NCBI RefSeq assembly: GCF_009834535.1
Contig: NC_045696.1
Coordinates: 94,180,001-94,244,000 of the forward strand
Source of the DNA: Camelus ferus
Lineage: Eukaryota
DNA length: 64,000 bases
Direction of reading: 5' to 3'
Below the pieces are notes generated by a model, which saw only the letters and a list, made by a program, of their open reading frames with translations, had not been told where the DNA came from and made no database searches. Shown one piece after another: positions 11,370 to 25,475 of the stretch; position 1 is the first letter of the stretch, and each line of letters starts with the position of its first letter. A program made the translations under genes and the position numbers.

Positions 11370-13170
11370 CACAAAATTATTTTGAAAAATTATGGGAAAT
11401 GGTGATTGAAGACCCAGTTTTTGAAACAATGAAGAAGCTGGGTTCCACAAATTTGGAACAGAAGCTTCACCATGATCATGAGAAAGATGCTGCAACGGAT
11501 TATTAAATGGTAGTTTGTGAGCTCTTAGAAAGGAGGCAGAGCTCTCTAGAGACCAGTATTGTTTTTCCATGATCGAATCATGTCAGATTAATCACATTTC
11601 CTTTATTGACAAGGCTTTTGAACTGGATAGGGCCACAAAATGCTTTAGAAATAGTATATGTTAATTTCAGAAAGGCATTCACCAAAATATCTCTTCATGT
11701 GCTTTGGGCAATTTGTTACTATATTTAAGACATGTTTATTAAACCCATATTATATGCCATAGATTATACTAGCACTAGGCAAGACAGAAGAATATAGCCT
11801 GGATGATGGTAAAATTGGGTAGACTGAAAGCTTTCTAAACTCTGTACCCCCAAAGTATGCATTATCATGTAAAAGAAGGCTGACTGCCTTAGTCAGCAAG
11901 ACTATAATAAGAGTCCTAGCTGCCCTACATTTTTGTGAAGATTGCTAACTAACCAGAATTGCTTGAGGTTAAGTGACATATTTGAAAACAGAATCAAGGC
12001 TGAGAGAGATCTTGACAGGCTGAAGTAATGGGCCAAAACAGACAAGGCAAAATTAATTGGAAATGACACAATATTTTGTACTTGGTTTCAAGAAATCAAC
12101 TGCACAGGTAAAAGAGAGTCTTCATTAAAACAGATGCTCATAAGAAAACATCTCAGCCACTGCATTTCACTGGAGGGTCACTCTTACTTATTAAGTATGA
12201 CCTCTCATACTTAATGACCAAAAAGTTAATAGAATTTGAGCTACCTGTCACAGGCTTAGAGTCAGAATAAGAGTCCATCATAAGGTACTAACCCATACTT
12301 GTTAGACTATTTCTACCACGTTAGGTTCATTCTTAGGTACTGAATTTTAAGAGGGACAGTCCATGTCTACCAGCATGCTAAGCTGAAGGCAAAAAGAATA
12401 GTGTATATTTTTGCAATCTTGTCATGGAAAGTCAACTGAACTAATTGAAGGATGTCTGCACAAAGAAAACTCTCAAGGGAGATACAGTAATTAGCTCCAA
12501 ATGTTGAAGAGCTATAATGTGGAAGACAGATTTAACTAAGTTTATGAGTTTATGATCTTCAGAGCCTTTGGATACACAAGGGACTGATAGGTCTTATTTG
12601 CTGGGTGGGGTATTGGGGATTTGAAATGAATGGAGAAGAGGTAGTAGAAGGGGTTTGCTTGAAGGAAAACCAATATAATAAAGAGGAGGAGTAAAGACTG
12701 TCTCGGGAGTAGACCAAAGCCTTTGAGATCAGATACATCTGGATTCAAATCCTGGCTTTGACCTGTGTAATCTTGGGAAAGTTGTCTAACCTCTCTAAAT
12801 TCAGCTTTATCATCTGTGAATTTGAAATAATGATAATCTAATTCAGAGGACTGATAGGAGAGTGAAAATATATGATGTATATACGGAGAGATGCTCATGG
12901 CATGTGATCGATTACTATTAGCTTGTTTTTCTTCTTTTTCTGTAATGTAGTGGAGGAAAGCTATGATTAGTATTTGAAGATTTAAATTGAGTCAGTTTTT
13001 GGCTTTCTAATATGAGAAACTTCTGACCTGTTGGAACTTCCCAATAATACTTTTTGAGTGATAATGAGCTCTCCCTCACCGGAATGTCCAGACAGGTCTG
13101 GGGAGGAGTTTTATACCATAGAAGACATTGTTCTAGAATGACCCCATTAGTTCCTAGCTTTTATAAGTCT
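11370..13170 (+). mobile_element. L3/CR1 LINE RT-region remnant, interrupted by a MIR
   Basis: Degenerate translations SCQINHISFIDK, ALEIVYVNFRKAFTKIS (CR1-type AVDIVYLDFSKAFDKV) and RDLDRLK*WAK. Confidence 0.75.
12680..12920 (+). mobile_element. MIR SINE
   Basis: CTGGATTCAAATCCTGGCT..TGTGTAATCTTGGGAAAGTTG..AACCTCTCT..CAGCTTTATCATCTGTGAA. Confidence 0.8.
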
Positions 13171-13734
13171 AAGGATATATATTTAGTGTCAAATATTTCT
13201 CATAATTTTCCATATGATAGTATTTGTATTTTTATTATTCAATTGAAATAAGCATAACAAAAACTCCCGTGGAAAATATGAGTGACAGCTACAGCATATT
13301 GAGTTCTTATTGTGTGGTAGGCATTTGACAATAACTCTACAATAAACTCTTTGCAATAAACTCTGTGAGGCAAATGAGCAAACTGAGTCTTCTAAGACTT
13401 AAAAACATTGGACTAAGGTTACAGAATTTAAGAAGGATACTATAAGCTTTAAAATATTTTTAAAATCCCTAATTCTCATACAAGTAAATAGTAAACATTT
13501 GCCAAACTGGTATTTAACTTACTAATGATGAAATTAAAAAGATGACAAAATTGGTTCAATGGAAGATATTGGAAACTAATCATATTATATAAAGTCCATG
13601 AAAGAAAGAACACTGGGATGAAACTGCTAAATCAGATATAAAACTGGTTAATTCCATGAAGGCAATAAAAACATAATCTTTGGAGCTAACATCTCTCCTG
13701 GACAGGAATCTCTTTTGTCATCATTGGACAAAGT

Positions 13735-14160
13735 CATTGTTGGGCTGTTCAAGGAACAGCCTCTAGTACTAAAATTGATGTGTAGAATATCTATTGGAAA
13801 ATGCTTTGAGGACCAACACCTAAGGAAGAGAGGATAAGAAAACACGACTGGGCAGAAAGAGAAGTTGAGTTGTTATCCTCTCCCAGAGAGGACTCAGCTG
13901 ATCCAGCTCTGTGTTCTTGAGCTGGGAGGAGGAAATTAGACTTTTATGTCCCTTTCTTTACATGACTTGACCATTCATGAGAAGTTGATTACTCTTAGGA
14001 GGAGGCATGACCTTGGGCAAGCCAGTTTTTTTCAATAAGGCAGTTCCTAAAGAAGATTGATAAATGAGGGCTATCTTTTCAAAGTATTTCCAGCAGCTGG
14101 GGGAAATAAGACCTTCATTTCTGGAGGGAGATCTGGGGAATACCTATGGGGTCTACCACA
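13735..14160 (-). mobile_element. ERVL solo LTR (LTR16-like)
   Basis: GACTGGGCAGAAAGAGAAGTTGAG, GGCATGACCTTGGGCAAG, terminal GGATCTGGGG..CTACCACA. Confidence 0.65.
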
Positions 14161-14817
14161 AATAAAAATAATTTATATCTTACACATTGAAATCTAACTT
14201 TAAAGTATTATTAAATGACTGGGCCATAATGAGTAGTAAATAGTACGCCCAACAAACTTACACTTCCCCAGGTCCTAGAGAGTCATAATGGGTTTGCTAG
14301 ATATTATGCTAGTCATCAGCATAATAACCAAGGATGTGCAGTCACCTCATGCATCATTTAAAATTTTTCTTAGCTAGTAGGGGAAGATGACTCTAAAGAA
14401 AGCTCTCATCCATTAAGACAGTATCATGAAGTAGCTAAGAACTTAACATCTTTAAATGAACTCATAATTTGTAAAATATTAGCACAAATGAGCTTAAAAT
14501 GCATTATTGCTCCAAACTATAGACATTTCTTGGTAAAATATGAATGTGAGACGCTCTTCCAAAGGATTTGCAACCCACAAGTTGCAAATACAAGCATTAG
14601 ATAATTTTAGGGTGATATCTACCTCACATTTTCTGAAGTGCTCATCTTCCTCAGATGCATGTTTACTTTTAAAGAACATCAGGCAAAATCTCTTTCCTAA
14701 ATTTGCTTTTTCTCCTTCCTCACTAGTGACTGAAATTCTTTTAACAGGAACAAAATCTTGCATTTCATCACTAGTATTAATGCCTAAATTTAAATGACTT
14801 TATGAGCAGTAACATTA

Positions 14818-15199
14818 TGCAGTGGACATTATTATTGCTGACCACGATTTTTAGAAATGCTTTCCCTGCAGGCATGCTTTGAAGTAAGATGTGACTTGTG
14901 ACTTGATTTAGTCAATGAAGTTTGAGTGCAATTATCATTTCCAGGCAGAAGCATTTATGAACTGGTGCACGATTCTCTCTGGTCTCTTTCTCTGTTGCAG
15001 CAATTGTAGAAGCATTCATTGATGTGGCAGTGCCAACAGTTCTAAGAGCTCTGGAATGCAGAGTCACCACATGGAGGCTGGTTGCCCTGGAGCGCTGCCC
15101 AAACCCTGCAGCAGACTTTGTGGGACTGAGAAAGAAACTGTGTCAAGTCACTGAGATTTTGCCTTTTAACCTAGCATGACTGAGCTTAACTTACAAACA
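14818..15199 (+). mobile_element. MaLR solo LTR (MLT1I/J-like)
   Basis: GTGACTTGATTTAGTCAATGAA, TTCCAGGCAGAAGC, GTCAAGTCACTGAGATTT. Confidence 0.65.
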
Positions 15200-16469
15200 G
15201 ATATGAAGACTTATGATATGCTAAGATATGACAGACTCAGACCATCTCCTTTCCTTTTCATAGGTTTTGGCAGAAAGGAATGGCAAAGAGAAGCCACGAA
15301 GACACTTATGAAGACACACAGTCAAGGGAAAGGAAACTAGCAGGTAGGACAAGGAAATCTTTAAAACTTTTATAAGTTTTTCCTGTGACAAACTTTTATT
15401 GATGCAGTTTGTTATAAGTATTTTTGTAGTTTATTGAAAGTATTAAAAATACTTTTGTAAAACTATTTTTGTAATATTAAAAGTTTCTTCCTCTCTCTCT
15501 CTCCCTGTCCCTTCTTTCAGATTTGATACCAGAGAAAGTGGAGCAGGGAAACCTTGAAGATTTAGCTGGAAGTCTTAAAAAATTATATAAAGACTTTCTT
15601 ACAGTTTACAGAATATTATGGGATTTCTAATAGAAATATCATTGTTTGACTTACAACTATTGAAAAGTGGTTCACGATTCAGAAATCCTTCCAATAACAA
15701 ACAGCACATACCTAGGCCACTTGAAGGTTTATTAGTTACCAACTCCACTACTGGGAGAGCACTTTTAAAATGTAAGTTGAAATCTATATAGTTTCTAAAA
15801 ATGTAATCTTCATTTTTATTAGAGAGCTACAGGCTTATAACAACAAGAACAAAACCACAGTCCTATATTTACTCTGCCCTTCCCATCTCTAATTTCTACT
15901 TTCCAGAGTCAAACACGTTTAACTCTCTTAATAGTTCTTTAGAACATTTGCCTTAGGACTACATGTTCTCCTTATATATTATATATTGACTTACTGCTAA
16001 GAATAATAAAGATTTAGCTCCATTAACTTGGTAACTGCCCCAATTACTAGCCCCTGCTACATACCACTCTCCTCTAATTTTAAATCTTATAATATGGGTG
16101 AAATCAATAATCATTGACAATACTGTGATTATACATATTTATAACTTATCCATTTAGTATATTATGAGATATTTCATTTTGTATATAAATTTTATTTTCT
16201 CTGGATGTTATAATTATCTATCATTATTTAAATTAGATTTGTTTTCTAGTTACTTAGCTCTAAGTCAATTCTCCAACAGAATTATAAAACTACAAAACTC
16301 CCAGTGATACATGCAAACATATTTGCTGGTTTCATTTTTTTTTTTATTCTTGACACATTGCTCCTGGAGTCCTCTAACCTCTTGAAATTATTAGGATCAT
16401 TCACTCTCTAGGCCTGCTGCCTCGGTGTCAAAATGCAATCTCCCTTTACTATGACTGTGTACTCTGTGT

Positions 16470-19150
16470 AATCATGAATATGCTTAAAATGAGTGGAAAT
16501 TGGAAAGCCTCAGCAAAGAAATGGAAACTCTCAACAAAGAAATAGAAGATATAAAGAAGAAGCCAATGGAAATTTTAGAGTGGAAAAATGCAGTAACCAA
16601 AATAAAAAGTTCAGTGGAGGGACTGAAGAGCAGAATGGAGGGGACAGAGGAAAGAATCAGTGAACTAGAAGACAGAACAATAGAAATTACCTAATTTGAG
16701 AAACAGAGAAAAATATGACTGAAAAAATTATGAACAGAGCCTCCTTGGAGACCTGTGGGATGGTAATAAAAGTCCTAACATTAATAGCATCAGATTCTCG
16801 GAAGAAGAGAAAAAACAAGGGTGCCCTGAAGGAGTACTCAGAGAAATAATGTCTGAAAACTTCCTAAATCTGGGAAGAGACAAAAACCTACAGATTTAAG
16901 AAACATAGTGAGTCTCAAACAGGGTAAATCCAAACAAATCTATGCCAAGACACATCATAATTAAACATCTGAAGATTAAAGACAAATAAAAAATTAGCAG
17001 AGAGAAAAAAATGACACCTTACCTAAAAGGGAAAAGCAATTCCAATGACCGTGGATTTCTCATCAGAAATCATGGAGGCCAGAGGAATTGGCAAAATATT
17101 TTTCCAATGCTGAAGGAAATAACTATCAACCTGAATCCCCTGCTCAGTGAAAATATTCACCAGTAATGGAGAAAAAATAGAGACATTCTCAGATGAAAGA
17201 AAACTAAGGAACCTGTTATTAGCAGACCTAATGTAAAAGAATGGCTAAAGAAAATTCTTTAAACAGAAGTCAACAAAGTTGAAAAAAGAAAAACAATAAA
17301 CAAAATAGATGAGACAAAGAGCTGGTCCTTTGAAAAGATCTAAGTGGACAAACCTGTAGGAAGACTGACAAAGAAAAGAAGTTGAGAACACAAATGACCA
17401 GTATTAGGAATGAAACAGTACAGTACAGAGATGCTGCAGATGTCAAAAGGAAAATAAAGGAATGCTTTCAAACAACTTTATACACATGAATTGTACAATT
17501 TAGACAAAAAGGGCCAACTCCTTGAGAAACCCAAAGTACCACAACTCACTCAATAGGATATAGACAATTTGAATAGCCCTCTAAATATTAAGGAAATCGA
17601 ATTTGTAAGTTAAACACTTCTCACAGAAATCTCCAAACCTACATGGTTACACTAAAGAATTTTATCAAATATTTAAAAAAGAACTGACAACAATTCTATA
17701 GAATTTCTTTCAGAAAATAAAAGATGATGGAACATATCCTAATATGTTTTGTGATGCTTACTATACAGCTACAGTAACCAAAACTGTGTAATGCTGGCAT
17801 TGGGATAACCATATAGATCAATGGAACAGAACAAAGAACCCAGAAATAGAATTAACATGCCCAACTGATTTTTGACAAAGGTGCAAAAGCAATTAAATGG
17901 AGGAAAGAACCATTTCAATAAATGGTCTTGATCCAATTATGCAGAGCGGAAAAAAATCAGAAACAGAAATTCAACCTAATTCTCACAACTTATACAAAAA
18001 TTAACTGGAAATGGGTCACAGACTTAATTGCAAAATGTAAACTATAAAAATTTAAGAAAAAACATAAAGTAAAATCTTTCAGATCTAGGGCTAAGTGAAA
18101 TGTTCTTAGACTTAACACCAAAAGAATAATCCATGAAAAGAAAAGCTGATAAATAAGATTTCATTAAAAGAAATTGCTCTTTGAAAGAAGTTAGTGACTG
18201 GAAGAAAATATTTACAAACTGTCTCTCTGAGAAAGAACTGGCATCTCCACTATATAAAGAAGTCTCAAAACTTAGTAAAAATACAAACAATCCAATAGAA
18301 AATGAGCAAAGGCATGAACAGACATCTGACTGCAGAGAACATACATATGGCAAATAAGCCATAAAAAGATGTTAAACATCATTAGCCAATTAGACAGCAC
18401 CACACATTTAACAGAGTGGTTAAAATGAAAAGTTTTTTTTTTAAATAAAAAGTGCTGGTGAGGATATGGGAAAACTGGATCACTCATATATTGCTGGTGG
18501 GAATGTAAAATGTTAAGTCATTCTGGCAATATTTTAGCAGGTTCTTAAAAACTAAACCTGCAATTTTTGATCCAGCAATTGCTCTCATGGGTATTCTTAT
18601 CATAAAGAAATTAAGATTTATGTTCACATAAAACCTAAACATAAATATTTATAATCTCTCAAAAACAACTCTGATGTCTTTCAATGGATGATTAAACTGC
18701 CATACATCCATGCTATTGAATATTACTCAACAATAAAAAGGAATAAATTACTGATATATGCAATAACCTAGATAAATCTCTAGAAAATTATAGTGAATTA
18801 GAAAGCCAATCCCAAAAGTTTACCTGGTATATAATTCCATTTATATAAGATTCTTGAAATAACAAGAGTATAGAAATGGAGAACAGATTAGTGCTTGCCA
18901 GAGATTAAGTAGAGACTGTGGGTGGGAAGAAACTATGTTTGGTTATAGAAGTGCAATATGAAGGATCTTCTGGGGATAGAAATGTCCTTATCTGGATTGC
19001 ATCAATGTCAGTATTCCAGTTATGGTATTGTACTATAGTTCTGCAAGATGTTTCCACTGAGTAAAACTGGGTAAAGGGTACAGAGATTGCTCTCTATTAT
19101 TTTTTTTTAACAACTGCATGTGAATCTACAATGATCTCAAAATACATTTT
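16470..19150 (+). mobile_element. Internally deleted L1MC1/2-like element (ORF1, ORF2 pieces, 3'UTR)
   Basis: ORF1 coiled coil (NKEIEDIKK..EERISELEDR); ORF2 pieces KIDETKSWSFEKI and YYTATVTK..IDQWNR; L1MC 3'UTR ending ACTGCATGTGAATCTACAATGATCTCAAAATA. Confidence 0.85.
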
Positions 19151-19356
19151 ATTTTAAAATATTGTGACATAATATGAGAAAACAGAATTTTGAAACACTT
19201 GAAAATTGACAGATAAGCCAATACATTTACATTATACTTGTGTATGTAAGTAGTATACAAATTTATACATATTTCAATGTACATATATTTGTGTGTATAT
19301 GAATAAACCTATATTTACTATTTGGCTGTTTACAAAAAGCATTTGTCAATCCATCA

Positions 19357-19382
19357 TACACACACACACACACACACACACA
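19357..19382. repeat. (CA)n microsatellite
   Basis: Direct reading. Confidence 0.95.
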
Positions 19383-21379
19383 GAATTGATATTTGAAGAT
19401 TCAACATTCAAAGTTTAGGATTTAAGAATTCCAGGGCATATAAGAATTTATAATTTTGCCAATTCATGGATTTTATTGGCATATTGCAATTCTTGTGTGT
19501 CTGTTAGCAAGCTGTTTAGCCAGCCAGTCAGCAATCAGAATACAATTTTATGCTTTACTTGTCATTCCCTATTCTTTACATTACCCTACATGATACAGAC
19601 TTTTTTCCCCTGAAAAACAGCCACTAAATAAGGGAAAGATGATAGTAAATATGTAGTTAATTTTTATTGTTTGATATGCAGGGGAAAGACAAAGTGCTAA
19701 TAAAGGAGCAAGTCAGTTATAATATACTTTTGTGTTCTTAAAATTTGAGGGATTTATCGAAGTACTGACATAACATCCCTTGAGAATGTCAATGGCTCAG
19801 AAATACATATAAAAGATCATGTTATTGAAGAAATTTAAGTAGAAAGTAAAATAACTTTAATAGCAGAACACAGTATATAAGGATTTTTGGTAAATTCAGA
19901 AGGATTCTTACAACATAACTAAGGATAAGCCAATGATGTTGAAATCATATGAACACAGAGTTGATACTTCTTAAATACTACATTGCTTGGGAAGAGTGTC
20001 TGAAATATTATTTCTGTACAGATTTTTTTTTGCATTTTCTTCCTTTCTTCTAACTCCTTTGAGTAGTTTTTTTTTTTTTTTTTAGGGTTATACTTAGTAC
20101 AGACCAAGTAATTTCTCTTTCAGTTGGATCCAACCATCACAATTTTAAACATGTATTCACTGTCAGAAGATTTCCCTCACCTCAATTCATAGTAAACAGT
20201 GTTCTAACCATGCGGTTGCAATTGGAGGAGGTAGTGTTGATATATTAGTAAATAACACTAGTAAAAATACTCAATATGCTTTTCTGTCCTTTAAATCCAG
20301 GCATATACAGGGTGCTTTAAACAATCATACAAATGATCAAAGAATACTACTACACATTATTATATTTTGTTTTACTTTTTAGTGTATTTAGTACTATCTC
20401 CCTCTTCAAACATCTATAGCTTCCAGTTTCACTGAATTTTGCTATTATAAACATATCATTTGGAACCATTTTTTTCAGAATGATTTTTTGCTTGCATAAA
20501 AGTTTTATATAATTTTCATGTAAAATTTAGTCTACTTTTATCAACTCACATGAAACTTACACTTCAATAATTTTGTTTCACATGCATTTTTAATAGCTTA
20601 CTGTGGTGCTTGAGTGAATGCTGACATCAGCTATAAAATGACTGTGGGCGTATCAACATAGTCTCATACTCATATATAAATCATGTAAAATTTATTCTTA
20701 ACCCTGACAGAACTTTGGCATAACTTTTTTATTCTCATTATCTGAGGACATATGAAATTGGGGAAAGCAAGAGAATGGTTCCTGGAACTTTCCAGTTCCT
20801 TCAGGAAATGACTGAGTGTTGATTTAATTTAGGATTCCAGAGTAAATTTCCCTGACCACCATCAACTTTTTACAATGTCTGTAAGTGGTAATTCCTTTTT
20901 CTTCAAAGTTTCTTTAACTAACTTTATACTTAATCAGGGAAGTATTACAGTTTTTGAGGAGAGTTAAGAGAGAGTAAGGGGGGAGGATTAATTATAGAGC
21001 CTACAGCATCTATTTTACATACATTGTTTAAGTCTCAGAAAACTGGGCTAAAATTTTTAATCATGTGTTTTGCAGAAACATAGAGGTCTTACAAAATCCT
21101 GTAAAGTGATAAATTTGTGTGCCTTTCTGATATCCACCATGTAGTAGAGTGGAAAACCTACAATATTTGAAGTTAAAACACACACACACACATATCCTAG
21201 ATTTAAGTTGTGGTTCTAGGTAGTGTTCTTATGCTCAGACAAAAATGGAAAATCTTGTTAGTTGCAAAGCAGAAAGACATGGATATTCCCTATATAGCAT
21301 GTTTATAAATATTTAATATTGGTGTTATGTCAGTAGAGCTAGGAGACAGCCTAAGTTTCATTCCTTTTTCTTTACAGAT

Positions 21380-23700
21380 TACCAAGCTTTTTAAAGAATA
21401 TTGTACAAATTTTCCCCAGTTTTATTTATTTCATCTAACTTTATCAGTTCTTGTGAAAACTATGTGATACTTTTTTCCTTTATATATTGAGTTTAAATTG
21501 TTAGTTGCATATAGGTTCACAATTATTATATCATCAAGTAATGTCCATACTTATACATAATAATGCTTTCAACTGAATTCTATTTGTTCTAATGGTACTA
21601 ATTTTGCTATATTATCTTTCTCTTGGTTAGTATCACTTTCTGTTCCTCCATTTAAAAACTTCCTATGTCATTAAGTTCTAAATGTAAATTTGTAAATAGC
21701 TGAGTTTTCTTGCCTTTTATTCAAGCTGAGAATATCTGCCATTTAAATAAGTTTATTTTGCTTACATTGATAATGATTACATTTCCATCATTTTATTTCT
21801 TTATCATGTAAGTCCTTCACTTCTTTGGATTCATTCCTTCTTTGCATAACATGTTTATTTTGCCTTTTCTACTATTGGTTTCTAAGTTATATTTTCTGTT
21901 CTATTTATTTGAGCCAGTTTTCCAACAACAGTACACATGACTTTTGGGGCTGGATAATTCTTTGCTGTGAGAGCATGTGCTGCGCATTGCAAAATGCTTC
22001 TTAGCATGCCTGACCTCTATCCCCTCTTAGAGTTATGGCAACCAAAAATGTCTCCAATCATTGCCGAATGTCCCTTGGGAGAAAACTCACTCCCATTCGA
22101 GAACCGTTGTTTTAAAGGCTGTCTGTAAATTGTCATGTACACATATGTTTTAACAAAACTTAGTATTAAGATACACTGTATTTTCTGCCCAGAGAAGATA
22201 AGGACCTTAAAATACTGTGTGTGTCTGAACTCCTTCCTTGTAAATTCAATTTCCTTTCTGGTAAAGTACTTGCTTCTGAAATGGTACTTTCAGTAAGTAT
22301 AAAGTCTCTTACTCAATTTGTTTATGAAAATATATTTATTTTATCCTTATTTTCAAATGATAGTTGAGATTGGGTTACAAGAATAATGTTACTCTTCCTC
22401 AGCAATTAGGAAATATTACCCCATTTGGGTTGGGCATGTATCATTACTCGTGAGAATTCTACTGATCATTACTTGGAAGTGATCTGTATTCTCTAAGTTT
22501 TATTTTTGTTGTTCTGTAGCTTCCTTATGATATGTTATTTTATATGTGGATTTGTTTTTAAATTATCATACTTAAGATTTGAGAAGTGTTTTTAAACTGA
22601 TTATTCATGCTTTCTTCAACTCTAGAATATTCTCCAACATCATTTCTTCAAATATTGCTTTACCCTCATTTACCCTAGAATTAAAGTACAAATAAGTTGG
22701 AATATTTCATTCTTTGTTTGTATCTCAACTTTCACATTTCCATCCCTTTATCTGGCTGTGCTTTATTTAGTCTCAGTGATTTCTTTATATTTATCTATCA
22801 TTTTATCAATTTTCTCTTTAGCACTGTCCAACATAACGGCTTAAATATTTGAGTTTTCACTATTAATATACTATATTATTTAATTCTAGAATTTATATCT
22901 GACTCCTCTCTTTTCCCCATGATGTTTGTTCCTGAATTTGTTATATTATTTTCATTTCTGAATATTTTAAACCTGTTTTATAATATCTCTTTTAGATTTG
23001 TCTAAAGGGATTGATGGAATGTGAAATTTCCCTTTTTTATAGCTGCTATTTCTAACTTTGGCAATCTACTTTCTTTGTGTATGCTGAAATTTGTACAAAT
23101 GAGCTCCTTGAGAGTGGGACTTATTTTCCTTTCGGAGGACTGAGTGATGTAAGTTGTGGGGGTGTCCTTTCAGTTATTAGGGAAATGTCTTGGCTCTGTG
23201 CTTCCCTCTGTGCACTGAGTAAATACGTAAATTCTGACATCACATCCACAAGCTTGGATTACAATTCCCTTCCAGTATCTATGGTGATTAGATGCCATCT
23301 GCCATATTCCAAGGCCATTGGGTTGTCTCTTTGGTCCTTTAGAATAGGTAAGACCACTCATGCAGATTCTTCTATTTACTTAGGAAGCTCAGTAGACACC
23401 GTCTCCTAGACACCAGGCCCATGGCCACCATAAGCATCTTGGTGAAGCTGTGTTAACAATCCAGACATTTAGACAGATACTCAATCCAGATACTCTACGA
23501 GGCACTTTAGTTCTCACTCATTCCTTAAGTTTACTCTCATTTTCTGGTGTGAAGGATTTCTCATTTTTACTTTAAAGCTTGGTCTTGAATTTAAATTTTA
23601 TTGGCTATATTTTATCAATATAATGTAAATATGGAATTTCTATGTTTGATGTTTTCCACTTCAGTTGAGTTTTCTGTATTGCCTAGAACTCATTTGATTT
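21380..23700 (-). mobile_element. Ancient L1M (ORF1 / ORF2 5' region) fragments
   Basis: T-rich antisense L1 motifs such as CATTTCTTCAAATATTGC and CAAGCTGAGAATATCTGCCATTTAAAT. Confidence 0.55.
21915..22109. mobile_element. MER20 (hAT-Charlie) DNA transposon
   Basis: TGACTTTTGGGGCTGGATAATTCTTTG, GGCAACCAAAAATGTCTCC..CATTGCCGAATGTCCC, terminal GAGAACCGTTG. Confidence 0.85.
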
Positions 23701-24029
23701 TCTAACGTATCAATATTTCCTATTACTACTTTTGCTACTGAATCTTTAATTTTAAAAAAAATAAATCATTATTTTATCCAGTTTTACTTAGATCTTAATC
23801 TGTTCTCTCCTAATAAGCCTTCTGCCTCTATTTTATAGAGATTGCTTCTTTTCATATCTGACTGAGAATGCTATACCTATTTTAAAGAACTCTGCTAGTT
23901 CATATAGTTTCATATACTTCATACACTTGTCAGATGTCTGCACTTTGTTTTTGCTTTAGAATGAAGTTCTTTCTCCCTTCATCTGCAGTTAAGTTTTTCA
24001 TAAGTTCTACACTGGGGTTTTTTCCTAGT

Positions 24030-24445
24030 TAACCCTCTAAATCCACCCTTCACCCTTCTTCACCGTGTGGGCACTCATTGTGAAGCCAGTATGTATGGAC
24101 TCCCCAGCAACAGACTGGAGAATCTTTACGCTTCCAGTTGAGTTCAACCAACGGGAGAACCTGCAGGAGACTGGAGGATGGAAAGAGAATGAGACTGGAA
24201 TATTTATTTCGCTAACTTCATTCATTCCAGGTTACTGAGACTGGACACAGCACCTGGGAGGGACTCTGTCCATGTAGCTATCCTCTCTAGATTCCAAGAA
24301 CTGTTCTCTGACCTTATCCCTTCAGACTTGGGGGTAGAAATGGCTCCCTGTGGTTGCTAACCCCAGGGATCTGCACCCTCCTTTCTTGTATCTCTAAGCC
24401 CTGCCCACACTATGGTAAAACACTCCCTTTATTAAATTCTTTTCT
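24030..24445 (+). mobile_element. ERVL solo LTR (LTR16A/B-like)
   Basis: CAGGAGACTGGAGG..GAGACTGGAATATTTATTTC, CCCTTCAGACTTGGGGGT, CCCTGCCCACAC..CCCTTTATTAAA. Confidence 0.65.
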
Positions 24446-24939
24446 TGTATTAAGTTTTTATTTGTTTGTTTGCTCTTTTCTGAGTCCTTATTAATAAGGA
24501 TTTCAGTGCAGATTTTATTTTTTGCTCTTTTTTCCTCATTCTTTATAGGGAGGTGATCTGGAGTAGCCAAAGGATATGTGGCGTTTCCTTGGCCATAGCC
24601 TTAAAATGTGTAAGTTAGTTCTGTTTTCCATATTTATAGCTTGAATTTATTGCTTTCATATTGTTTGGCTTTGTTAGAATCAAATAGGAATTTCTCCTAT
24701 CCCGTTGCTTATCTCTCCAATATTCTTCTCTGCAATACTCACTGCTGGCTGTGACACACATATTTAACTGGCCAAGTTGCTTTTTGTGCAGGAAGGCAAT
24801 AGAATATCATTTTCTGGTATACATAGGTTCAGAAAAGGCTCTTTGTCTCTATGTATATGTCATGAAAATGATTACTTAAAGGGGTACTTCATCTGACTGA
24901 GAGGTGAAAATAAAGAGGAAGACAATATCGAAAAAGTTG

Positions 24940-25475
24940 GGCTATACAGAGACTGGCAGAAGCATTCTGCTTCCCCTGGGCCAAGAGGCTCTTATCAGAC
25001 TAGCCCTCCTGGAACTGATAAAAACTATCAACTCTTGAAAAACATAAATAAAACAACTACTTGATGGCACTGAAGAGTAAACAAAAACAGGTAGAAATTG
25101 GAGGAAAGATGATACTTGGAAGAAGGGAAAGGAATCTGGTGAGTTTCCTGTTTATAAAACATTTAGCCTGGGGGGCAAGCCCCGGTAGACATCTCCAGGG
25201 ATAGCTAAAACTGATGGAAAACCCACAATTTTACTTGTTTGAAGAATCAGAAGACAGGGTTCAGCGAGCAACTGCAGCCACTGGAATATGATGAGGAAAA
25301 AAGAAGAAAAGGAGCAAGGTGGAGAGAGGGAGCTCCAGATTTTGTGTACAAAGCTGTCCAAATCTCTGGCAGCTCAGCTAAGGCTGAAAGAACTGAACTG
25401 AGACTTGAGATGCTGCCCACAGCAGGGAAGCAGAGTTTCATACTTTGTTGTCAACCAAACTAAGTGCTTGCTTTA
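24940..25475 (+). mobile_element. Old L1M 5'UTR fragment
   Basis: AACAACTACTTGATGGCACTGAAGAG..GGTGAGTTTCCTG..GCTAAAACT motifs of old L1M 5' ends. Confidence 0.55.

Noticed and set aside
12542..12898. 118-aa minus-strand ORF
   Set aside because: Largely antisense MIR sequence.
16500..16694. Coiled-coil ORF
   Set aside because: L1 ORF1p remnant.
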